DNA of 64,000 bases, taken from positions 12,655-76,654 of the forward strand of contig JBBTZT010000002.1 in the NCBI GenBank assembly GCA_038061225.1, written 5' to 3'. Under the pieces are notes generated by a model. The model ran no database searches. It saw nothing but the letters and a program-made list of their open reading frames with translations, and was not told the DNA's origin. The DNA is from Patescibacteria group bacterium (lineage in GTDB: Bacteria; Patescibacteriota; Microgenomatia; UBA8517). Position 1 is the first letter of the stretch. Each line of letters starts with the position of its first letter. Of this stretch, positions 10,570-20,590 are shown one piece after another. The translations under genes and the position numbers were made by a program.

Positions 10570-11123
10570 GCGCCAGAGATACCATGAAGCAACTGTTCTA
10601 TAAGGCTTCCATTTTTCAGTGTCTCTTTCTTTAATTTTTAAATTTTTTAAAGCTTTACTTATACCTAAATCATCTTTTGGTAAAATATCAGGACGAGCTA
10701 AACTAAACATTAAAAACATTTCAGCAGTCCATCTGCCAATTCCCTTCACTTGTACAAGTTGTTCAATAACTTCGTTATTTTCCAATTTGTCCAAAATTTT
10801 TACTTTTAATTCCCCGTTTTTTGTTTTTAATGCTAAATCTTTAACTGCTCTGACTTTGCTCCAAGCCATACCGCAATTTCTAAGTTCACTTTCAGCAAGG
10901 TTTAAAATCTTGTCTGGAGTTAACCTTCCTTTGACCCTACTCTTTAACCGCGCTTCGATTACGTCAGCCACTCGACCTGAAAGTTGTTGACCAATAATCT
11001 CACCAATAAGTGCCTGAAAATAATTAATGTGAATTCTGGGTTTTATAGTACAACTTCCCCACTTTTTAATTAATGGTCCAATATATTTGTCTTTTTGAAG
11101 TTCCTTTTCAGCTTTTCTCCACA

Positions 11124-11124
<1 letters not shown>
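10552..11124 (-). CDS. DNA-3-methyladenine glycosylase II (AlkA family)
   Basis: IIGQQLS, HhH KGIGRWTAEM, WKPYRTVASWYLW. Confidence 0.92.
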
Positions 11125-12752
<1,628 letters not shown>

Positions 12753-13040
12753 TTATTCTTGCACCGCCAAAACATCTTCAAATTTTACAATGATATATTC
12801 TTTATTTTCAATTTTAATTTCATTTCCACCCCATTTTTTATAAAGAACGGTTTCACCTTTTTTTGCGGGGGACTCCACTTCATGACAGTCAACATATGTT
12901 TTTGATCCAACTGCAATTACTTTTCCTTTTTGTGGTTTTTCTCCTGCGTTATCTGGAAGATAAATACCTGAAGCAGTCTTAACCTCTTTTTCTAGGGGCT
13001 CAATAAGTAAATATCCAGCTGTTGGTTTTAAATTTGGCAT
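12753..13040 (-). CDS. groS: co-chaperonin GroES
   Basis: TASGIYLPD, adjacent to groEL. Confidence 0.97.
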   Translation of the reverse strand: MPNLKPTAGYLLIEPLEKEVKTASGIYLPDNAGEKPQKGKVIAVGSKTYVDCHEVESPAKKGETVLYKKWGGNEIKIENKEYIIVKFEDVLAVQE

Positions 13041-13087
13041 TGTTAGTTGATGAGTGCTATTTTACGCATGAGATAATCACCTGTCAA
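13034..13087 (-). promoter_or_regulatory. sigma70 promoter of groESL with degenerate CIRCE
   Basis: TTGACA (13082-13087)-17 nt-TAAAAT (13059-13064) on minus; TTGGCATTG-N9-GAGTGCTAT at 13034-13060 versus CIRCE TTAGCACTC-N9-GAGTGCTAA. Confidence 0.7.
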
Positions 13088-13872
13088 GAGGAAAGTTTTT
13101 TAATTATAACCTTTCCCCAGTCGTTGGGGTGGAAGATAGCGCGAGTGGGCGTGACTATTTCACGAGAAATCTTTGACTTCATGTAAAGATATTGTAATCT
13201 GTAGGTTACATTTTCTAACAGTCTGGATGTAAGATGTAGGATATAGGATATAGGATTTTTTTTAGCTTCATACATCTTAGATCCTAAATCCTTGATCTTT
13301 ACCGAGTTAGGCCAATATAACAATATCCATTTGTTTAAATACAAAAACTTCTCATAAACATTGTCTTTATTTATAAGTGGTACAATTTGTGCAATTTCAT
13401 GAGCTGTATAAATATTTCTGTCTTTTTTGTCCCAAACTAAATCGTTTTCATCAAACCACATATTAAGGCATAAGGAATCCCTCTCGTCTATGACTCGAGG
13501 TCTTCGTAGGATGTAGGATGTAGGATGTAGGATGCAATAAACACACAGACGCGTCAGCCAAAGAGTATTATTTTTTGTAATTATCATTAAATCAATATCA
13601 CCATCTTTGTTTGCATTATTCATAGCAAGTGCACCAGTAATTCCAATAAATTTCACCATAGCAATTTTACTAATTAACTTGGAGGCATTTTTTGCAATTA
13701 CAACTTTTGCTTGTGAATATTTTTCTCTTTGGAGTCTATTTTTGTTTTTTGTACCACTTACTTTTTCTTCTACGTTTTTGTACTGCCACTTGAGAAGTTC
13801 TTCTTTAGTTAATTTAAAATCAAAGATATTATGGTATCTGACTGAGGTAAATTTATTGGATTTTAATTCCAT
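13084..13872 (-). CDS. nucleotidyltransferase-fold hypothetical protein
   Basis: GITGALA...DGDIDL resembles the pol-beta NTase G[S/A]..DxD motif. Confidence 0.65.
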   Translation of the reverse strand: MELKSNKFTSVRYHNIFDFKLTKEELLKWQYKNVEEKVSGTKNKNRLQREKYSQAKVVIAKNASKLISKIAMVKFIGITGALAMNNANKDGDIDLMIITKNNTLWLTRLCVYCILHPTSYILRRPRVIDERDSLCLNMWFDENDLVWDKKDRNIYTAHEIAQIVPLINKDNVYEKFLYLNKWILLYWPNSVKIKDLGSKMYEAKKNPISYILHLTSRLLENVTYRLQYLYMKSKISREIVTPTRAIFHPNDWGKVIIKKLSS

Positions 13873-15238
13873 ACTGAGATAATACTTGAATTACTCCCGC
13901 CGCAACAGGTTCTAATGCAACTTTAGCCTCTTTTCCAGTATTAACCAAATTAATTGCATCTTCAAAATATTTGTTTATTTGGGAATTAATTCCTGTTGGT
14001 CCATCCCAAGTTCTACTTTGCAAAAACCAAGTTTGTGCAGTTTTTGCACCATAGATAGTTGTACCTATAATTGGATGGTCTTTTAATAAAATTTCCATTT
14101 CTTGCCTTGGATATGGCTCACCAAACATTCTGGTCTTTGATGCTTGATTATATAGTTTTTCTAAAACCTCTTTGTTTGATAAATACTTCAAAAAATTCCA
14201 AGCCTCTTCTTTATTTTTAGATCTTGCCCAAACACCCTCAGCCCAGTACATTGCGTACGTTACATCTCTCTCGTTAGCTTCGGTTTTAGGTAGTTGTGGT
14301 ACTGGAATGGTTCTAAACCTTAGGTTTGGATTTTGCAATCTTACCTCAAAAGCACGCCAGCTGGGTCCAAAATACATTGCCAATTTTCCTCCAGCAAAGG
14401 CAACTGTTGAAGAAGGAAGAGTTGCATCCCAAACTCCATCATTAATTGAAAATATTGTATAAAAATCTAAGGCGTCCTCTGCTAATTTTCCAGTTGGATG
14501 AGTTAAATCAACTCCGTTTTGAAGCATCATGAGAGCTAAAATTTCTGGCCAATGATCAACATTGGAAGTAACGCCAAGGGCTACACCAGCTTGTGTAATT
14601 GCCCCTGTTTCATCAGTAATTGTTAATTCTCTGGCAATTTGTCTTAATTCGTTCCAAGTTGTTGGCATCTCTTTCCCAGTTTTTTCAAAAATTTCCTCAT
14701 TTATATATAAGGATAAACCATCATATTCAAGAGGTACTCCAACCAAATTTGCACCCACTGTTAAATCAGATACTGCTACAGGATAAAATGCAATTGAAAA
14801 ATCTGAAACTGTAAATATATTTGCAGGAACTTTATCAAGTTCAGATTTAAACATTGGAACCCATGTATTATGAAATCTAAAAATATCAGGTCCTGTTCCT
14901 TTGGCTAGAGCGCTCGTTAATCTTTCTCTATAATCCTCTTTTGACTGTCTAACATATTTTATTTTTACTTTAGGATTATTTGCTTCATATTCTGAAATCG
15001 CAGATGAAACAATATTTTCATCTTCCCACAAACCCCACCAAACAATTTCAGATGTAGTGCTTGGTTTTGATCCATTTGAAAAAAATCTAAAAGCAAAAAA
15101 GACTATTAATAATAAAACTACTATACCCACCACAATTCCTATTATTTTAAATGGAATCTGTTTTTTTGTTATTGCTGCTGTTGCTGTTGATGTTTGCGAT
15201 TGGATTGGATTTTGAATCACTGTCTGGTTTGTTTCCAT
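13853..15238 (-). CDS. membrane-anchored extracellular solute-binding protein (sugar ABC family 1)
   Basis: N-terminal TM, GPDIF, PTTWNEL, AWNFLKYL. Confidence 0.85.
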   Translation of the reverse strand: METNQTVIQNPIQSQTSTATAAITKKQIPFKIIGIVVGIVVLLLIVFFAFRFFSNGSKPSTTSEIVWWGLWEDENIVSSAISEYEANNPKVKIKYVRQSKEDYRERLTSALAKGTGPDIFRFHNTWVPMFKSELDKVPANIFTVSDFSIAFYPVAVSDLTVGANLVGVPLEYDGLSLYINEEIFEKTGKEMPTTWNELRQIARELTITDETGAITQAGVALGVTSNVDHWPEILALMMLQNGVDLTHPTGKLAEDALDFYTIFSINDGVWDATLPSSTVAFAGGKLAMYFGPSWRAFEVRLQNPNLRFRTIPVPQLPKTEANERDVTYAMYWAEGVWARSKNKEEAWNFLKYLSNKEVLEKLYNQASKTRMFGEPYPRQEMEILLKDHPIIGTTIYGAKTAQTWFLQSRTWDGPTGINSQINKYFEDAINLVNTGKEAKVALEPVAAGVIQVLSQYGIKIQ

Positions 15239-15264
15239 ACATAAATGATATCATATAATAAATA

Positions 15265-16971
15265 ATGGTGAAACAAGTTTTAATAGCAGTTATAGTGATA
15301 TTATTTTTTATAATAATAATCAATCTTCCATTCTTGGGTAAAATCTACCCAAATATTTACATTGCCAATCTTTACGTCGGAGATAAAGATAAAACTTCTG
15401 CCATTAATTTAATTTCCAATACCTCAATCCCCTCAAAAATAACTTTAAATATAAAGGGTGTTGAAAAAGAGATATTATCATCAGAAATAGTCAAAAAAAT
15501 TGATTATGAAAAAAGCGTAAACAGGGCATATACATACACCCATACAGGAAATTTTGTTCTAGATTTCTATACAAAGATAAAACTTATCTTTAAACCCTTA
15601 AAAGCTGGTCTAGAGATAGAATTTGATCAAGTAAAACTTGAAGAATTATTGCTTATTCTGTCTTCAAAGGAGGGGTCAGTCCCCATAAGTCCCTCTGTAA
15701 AAATTATAAATAGTGAAGCGATAGTTGATTCAGGAAAAAACGGAGTTCAAATAGATATTGATGATATTTCCACTAAAATTAAATCTTCTATTATCTTTCT
15801 TGATAATAATAAAATTGATATTAATTTAATTGAAACAAAAGATGAATTGAGTAAAGACCAAGTAATAGTTTACAAATCTAAGGTTGAAAAAATTATTAAT
15901 AAAAAATTAGAACTTAAATTAGATTTTGACACAATAGAGATAAATGACAAACAATTAGCACTTTTTTTTGATTCAAGAAATGATTTTAATGAAACTCAAA
16001 TAAAACTAAAGATCGCAGATGTTTCAAGAAAAATTAATAGAAATCCCCAAAATTCAGTTTTTATCATAGAAAATGGTAATGTTACTGAATTTACTCCATC
16101 TCAAGATGGTATAACTGTTGATGAAGATAAATTAGTAGAAGAAATAAAAAATTATGTTATTAAACTTTCAAATGAAGATCAAAAAACATTTACTTTTAAC
16201 ATCCCCGTTATTAAATCGGCTGCCAAAATCAAGAATGAGGATGTAAATGATTTAGGTATTAACACTCTTCTTGGAAAAGGAGTCTCATATTTCAAAGGAT
16301 CAATACAAAACAGAATCTACAATATTAATTTAGCTCAATCAAAATTTAAGGGTGTTTTGGTTCCACCAAATGAAATCTTTTCTTTCAATGAAGTTTTGGG
16401 TGATGTTTCTTCTTATACTGGTTATAAAGCAGCTTATGTCATTATGGAGGGTAAAACAGTTCTTGGAGATGGTGGAGGAGTTTGCCAGGTATCAACAACT
16501 CTTTTTAGAGCAGTTCTTTCTGCTGGCTTGCCAATTATGGAAAGAAGGGCCCATGCCTATAGGGTTGGTTATTATGAACAAGGTTCATCTGTGGGTTTAG
16601 ATGCAACAGTCTATTCCCCAACTACTGATTTTAAATTCAAAAACGACACAGCAAACTATTTACTCATCCAGCCTACAATCGATAATAATAATTATTCACT
16701 TATCTTTGAAATTTATGGAACAAGTGATGGACGTGTTGCAACCACAACAAAACCCATTATTAGTTCCCAAATTGCACCAGCTGACGATTTATATATAGAT
16801 GATCCAACATTGCCCCTGGGCAATGTAAAACAAACTGAACATAAAGCTTGGGGTGCAAAAGTATCATTTAACTATCATGTCGAGCGCGATGGACAAGTTT
16901 TAATTGATCAAAAATTTTCATCTAACTATCGTCCTTGGCAAGCAGTTTATCTTCGTGGATCAGGTCAATAA
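15265..16971 (+). CDS. VanW family protein
   Basis: FSFNEVLG, GGGVCQVSTTLF, ERRAHAY, GLDATV. Confidence 0.9.
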   Translation: MVKQVLIAVIVILFFIIIINLPFLGKIYPNIYIANLYVGDKDKTSAINLISNTSIPSKITLNIKGVEKEILSSEIVKKIDYEKSVNRAYTYTHTGNFVLDFYTKIKLIFKPLKAGLEIEFDQVKLEELLLILSSKEGSVPISPSVKIINSEAIVDSGKNGVQIDIDDISTKIKSSIIFLDNNKIDINLIETKDELSKDQVIVYKSKVEKIINKKLELKLDFDTIEINDKQLALFFDSRNDFNETQIKLKIADVSRKINRNPQNSVFIIENGNVTEFTPSQDGITVDEDKLVEEIKNYVIKLSNEDQKTFTFNIPVIKSAAKIKNEDVNDLGINTLLGKGVSYFKGSIQNRIYNINLAQSKFKGVLVPPNEIFSFNEVLGDVSSYTGYKAAYVIMEGKTVLGDGGGVCQVSTTLFRAVLSAGLPIMERRAHAYRVGYYEQGSSVGLDATVYSPTTDFKFKNDTANYLLIQPTIDNNNYSLIFEIYGTSDGRVATTTKPIISSQIAPADDLYIDDPTLPLGNVKQTEHKAWGAKVSFNYHVERDGQVLIDQKFSSNYRPWQAVYLRGSGQ

Positions 16972-17125
16972 TTTCAATGTCACCTTTCAAAAAGGCTATC
17001 AGTTCACTGTCAGTAAAATCATCTGAGCAACTTATTCTAATTTTATTTATGTCTAATTCTTTTGGTAATTGAATATTAAAAAATTTATATAATTCATGTG
17101 TACCTTGGGACAAAATCTCTACCAT
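16922..17125 (-). CDS. small hypothetical protein
   Basis: 67-aa ATG-led ORF filling the vanW-dedA gap. Confidence 0.4.
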   Translation of the reverse strand: MVEILSQGTHELYKFFNIQLPKELDINKIRISCSDDFTDSELIAFLKGDIEIIDLIHEDKLLAKDDS

Positions 17126-17143
17126 AATATATAATACTAATAA

Positions 17144-17767
17144 ATGGACATAATAAAAACACTTGATTTGATTAGAATATTGTTTGAAGAGTGGGGTTAC
17201 CCAATTATTTTTTTTACAAGTTTAGTTGAAATAACTCCACTGGGTTGGGCTGTTCCTGGTGGGGCAATTTTAGTTATAGCTGGATATCTTTCAAATGGTA
17301 ATCTAAACCTACCCCTTATCTCAGTAATTATTTGGGGTACACTTGGAACTTGGGTTGCGTTTTTACTTGCCTATCTTTTAGGAAGCAAAACTGGTATGTG
17401 GCTAGTTGAAAAACTAAAACAACAAAAAAATGCTAGATTTGCAAAATCGTTGCTTCAAAAAAATGGTGGAGCAATTTTAACAACTTCCATGCTTGCCAAT
17501 TTGACGCGGTTCTGGATAAGTTATATTGCTGGTGTAGACAAATACAGTTTTTTTAAATTTAACCTATACGCATTTGTTGCATCATTAAGTTGGGTATCAC
17601 TAATGACATTAATTGGTTTTTTTGCAGGTTTTGAAAAAGAAAATTTTAAAACAATAGTAAATGGTGTTGGTGTACTGGCTTGGATATTTTTAATTATAGC
17701 TATTTTTATAATTTATAAATCTATTAGAAAAGAATATAAACATTTTGTAGAAGATGAAATCCACTAA
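17144..17767 (+). CDS. DedA family membrane protein
   Basis: E...G..VPG, YLLG, TM pattern. Confidence 0.88.
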   Translation: MDIIKTLDLIRILFEEWGYPIIFFTSLVEITPLGWAVPGGAILVIAGYLSNGNLNLPLISVIIWGTLGTWVAFLLAYLLGSKTGMWLVEKLKQQKNARFAKSLLQKNGGAILTTSMLANLTRFWISYIAGVDKYSFFKFNLYAFVASLSWVSLMTLIGFFAGFEKENFKTIVNGVGVLAWIFLIIAIFIIYKSIRKEYKHFVEDEIH

Positions 17768-18821
17768 AGAATCCAGTAAAGTAATTGATGTTGCAATTAA
17801 AGCTTTAGAAAGAGGCCAACTTGTTTTTATGGCAACTGAAACTGTTTACATTGCGGCTGTTGATGCAACAAACGAAAACGCAGTTAAAAAACTTATAGCA
17901 TTTAAAAATCGCCCCTTTGGGAAACCTTTTTCTGTTGGAGTAACTGATATTAAAATGGCAGAGAAATATGTAATATTAAATGAAACTGCAAGAAATTTGT
18001 ATAAAAGATTTCTCCCTGGTCCAGTAACTATTATTTCAACAGGAAAACATAATTTAGCAAAAGGAGTTGAAGCAGAAAATGGAACTTTAGGTATTAGAAT
18101 TCCTGATTATCATTTTTTTCAAGAAGTATGCAAAAAATTAGATAAACCTATAACGGCCACTTCTGCAAATGCTAGTTATCAAAAAAGGCCATATAAACTT
18201 GCTGATATTTTAGACAATATTTCAGAAAAACAAAAAAAATTAGTTGATTTAATGATTGATGCAGGAGAGCTCCCGCACAATGAACCATCAACAGTAATCG
18301 ATACTACTCTTGACGATCAACCTGTAATTTTAAGGCAGGGAGAAATAAAATTAAAAAAGAAAAATGAAGTACTTTCAAGAAGTGAAGAAAATACACAAAA
18401 TATAGCTAAAGAACTCTGGCAAAAATATGATAGTTTTGTGGGTAAACGCGCAATAATCTTTGCCCTAGAGGGTAAAATGGGCGTGGGCAAAACTCAATTT
18501 GTAAAAGGGTTAGCTAAAGCAATGGGAATTAAAGAAGAAGTTACTTCACCATCATATGATTTATTAAATTCATATGATTTATTAACACACATTGACACAT
18601 GGAGGATGTTAAACCCAAATAAAGAATTAGAGGATATAGGTATGAAAGATCTAATTCATGACAAATCTGTTCTTGCAATTGAATGGGCTGATAGAACAGT
18701 TACTGAAATCAGAAAATATTCTGAGGAAGCAATAATTATTTGGATAAAAATTAAGTATCCTTCGGATAACTCAGCACAAGCAAACGAGAACTATAGGTTA
18801 ATTAGTTGGGGAAATATATAA
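17754..18821 (+). CDS. fused TsaC/Sua5 (threonylcarbamoyl-AMP synthase) - TsaE (ATPase)
   Basis: N-terminal TETVY, KNRP..KP, TATSAN; C-terminal GKMGVGKT, VTSPSY, HIDTWR, IEWAD. Confidence 0.88.
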   Translation: MKSTKESSKVIDVAIKALERGQLVFMATETVYIAAVDATNENAVKKLIAFKNRPFGKPFSVGVTDIKMAEKYVILNETARNLYKRFLPGPVTIISTGKHNLAKGVEAENGTLGIRIPDYHFFQEVCKKLDKPITATSANASYQKRPYKLADILDNISEKQKKLVDLMIDAGELPHNEPSTVIDTTLDDQPVILRQGEIKLKKKNEVLSRSEENTQNIAKELWQKYDSFVGKRAIIFALEGKMGVGKTQFVKGLAKAMGIKEEVTSPSYDLLNSYDLLTHIDTWRMLNPNKELEDIGMKDLIHDKSVLAIEWADRTVTEIRKYSEEAIIIWIKIKYPSDNSAQANENYRLISWGNI

Positions 18822-18823
18822 TT

Positions 18824-19864
18824 ATGCTTATTTTAGCCATAGATACGTCATGTGATGAGACTGCTGTGGCTATAAACTCAAATATTCAAATACTTTCGAG
18901 TGCGGTTTGGTCGCAGTCCACGCTCCATGCCAGCTTCGGAGGAGTATTACCCAGCCTCGCTCAAAGACAACATCAAGCTCGAATCGATTGGATTGTAAAC
19001 AAAGCACTTGTAAATTGTAAATTGAAAATTGAAAATTGTGACTGTATCGCAGTTACCATTGGTCCAGGCTTGGCAATTGCTTTAGAAGTAGGCATAAACA
19101 AAGCTAAAGAATTAGCAGTTAAATACAAAAAACCTCTAATTCCTGTTAACCATGTTGAAGCACACTTGCTCAGTCCACTCGCAGTTCCTAGATCTAGGAT
19201 CTTGGATCTTAGATCTATGAAGTTTCCATGCTTTGGGTTAATACTTTCGGGTGGAACAACTGTTTTGTGTTTAGTAAAAGCTATTGGAGATTATGAAATA
19301 CTGGCTGAAACAGCGGATGATGCTTTAGGTGAAGCTCTTGATAAAGCAGCCAGACTCGTAGGCCTAGGTTACCCTGGGGGGGCAATTTTAGAAAAATTTG
19401 CAAAAACTGGTGATCCAAAAAAATATAGGCTTCCCCTACCCTTGCAAAATGATGTAATTAAAAACAGATTTAGTTATTCAGGATTAAAAACTGCTTTTGT
19501 AAGATTGTTTGAGACTATCAAAAAACCAACAAAACAAGATATTGCAGATTTAGCAGCAAGCTTTCAATCAACAGCCTTTGATCATATTCTTAAGGTTTTG
19601 GAATTTCAAATTATTAATTCTTCTTTCTTAACTCATAATTTGCTCTTTGGAGGTGGTGTTGCAAACAATATTGAATTAAAAAAACGCTTAAGAAAACTTT
19701 GTAAAAAATATGGTATTAAACTTCTTGTTCCATACACAAAAAAGCTTAATGGGGATAATGCAGCAATGATTGGAGTTTGTGCATATCTTAAATACAAAAA
19801 CAGTAATTTAAAGGATTTTTTTGACTATAATTCTGTAGATCGAAATCCAAAACTAAAAATTTAA
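18824..19864 (+). CDS. tsaD: tRNA threonylcarbamoyltransferase TsaD
   Basis: DTSCDET, HVEAH, DDALGEALDK, DNAAMIG. Confidence 0.96.
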   Translation: MLILAIDTSCDETAVAINSNIQILSSAVWSQSTLHASFGGVLPSLAQRQHQARIDWIVNKALVNCKLKIENCDCIAVTIGPGLAIALEVGINKAKELAVKYKKPLIPVNHVEAHLLSPLAVPRSRILDLRSMKFPCFGLILSGGTTVLCLVKAIGDYEILAETADDALGEALDKAARLVGLGYPGGAILEKFAKTGDPKKYRLPLPLQNDVIKNRFSYSGLKTAFVRLFETIKKPTKQDIADLAASFQSTAFDHILKVLEFQIINSSFLTHNLLFGGGVANNIELKKRLRKLCKKYGIKLLVPYTKKLNGDNAAMIGVCAYLKYKNSNLKDFFDYNSVDRNPKLKI

Positions 19865-19960
19865 ATTTCATCTGTTAATTTTTCTTGCTCAAAATTTGTT
19901 TGAGTTGCTCCTGTTGCTATTGACAACAACTGATTTTTGCGATATTTTGTGAATTAATAT

Positions 19961-20206
19961 ATGTCAAATAACGTAGAAAGAGTGTATTCTGGCGGATTAC
20001 AGAAACACCTAGAATCTGAGGTTCGTTTCCTAAGAGAGGTTAAGGAAAGTGGGGGTGTGACGATAATTCAAGCTCTAGAAATGGTTCCAAAAATTGATTT
20101 TGGAACAGGAATTGACGGGATTGATCTTATTACTAAATTTCTGAACTTGGGGTTTATAGAATATCAAAGCAACATAAATAAATTTGTTGCTGTAAAACTG
20201 GAGTAA
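19961..20206 (+). CDS. hypothetical protein
   Basis: 81-aa ORF with an upstream TTGACA-17-TATTTT promoter-like site. Confidence 0.55.
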   Translation: MSNNVERVYSGGLQKHLESEVRFLREVKESGGVTIIQALEMVPKIDFGTGIDGIDLITKFLNLGFIEYQSNINKFVAVKLE

Positions 20207-20318
20207 AGATAAAGTCTTGCGTATTGTTTCGGATAGAATTGCTTTTGTTTATAATAATTTTAGGAAAATATCTAAATTTCAGCAAGCACAACGACTTTAT
20301 ACAAAAAATGTAATTGTA

Positions 20319-20351
20319 TCAATTGACCGAAACCCAAAGTTAAAACTTTAG
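20319..20351 (+). repeat. diverged second copy of the tsaD 3' end
   Basis: Encodes SIDRNPKLKL* versus tsaD SVDRNPKLKI* (19832-19864); differences mostly synonymous. Confidence 0.8.
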
Positions 20352-20533
20352 TTCGGATTTATAAGCGAAGCTTGTGGCGTTTCAGTAGTTTTTTGTTCTA
20401 CAGCTGGTTTTTCAGGAAAATCAACAACCATCTCAGTTTGCTCTACCTTAACCACACGACCATTATTATATTCATCACCAGTTTTATACTGTCCGATTGT
20501 CAATGGCGTCAACACAACAACTTTTTCAGTCAT
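20348..20533 (-). CDS. small hypothetical protein
   Basis: 61-aa ATG-led ORF, purine-rich tract upstream. Confidence 0.5.
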   Translation of the reverse strand: MTEKVVVLTPLTIGQYKTGDEYNNGRVVKVEQTEMVVDFPEKPAVEQKTTETPQASLINPN

Positions 20534-20590
20534 GGTTATAATTTACTCTCTCTCTCTGACAAAAAATCAAATTTGATGTAAAATCATAAC

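Noticed and set aside
15265-16971. Vancomycin resistance from VanW
   Set aside because: VanW domains are widespread and of unknown function; no vanHAX/RS genes
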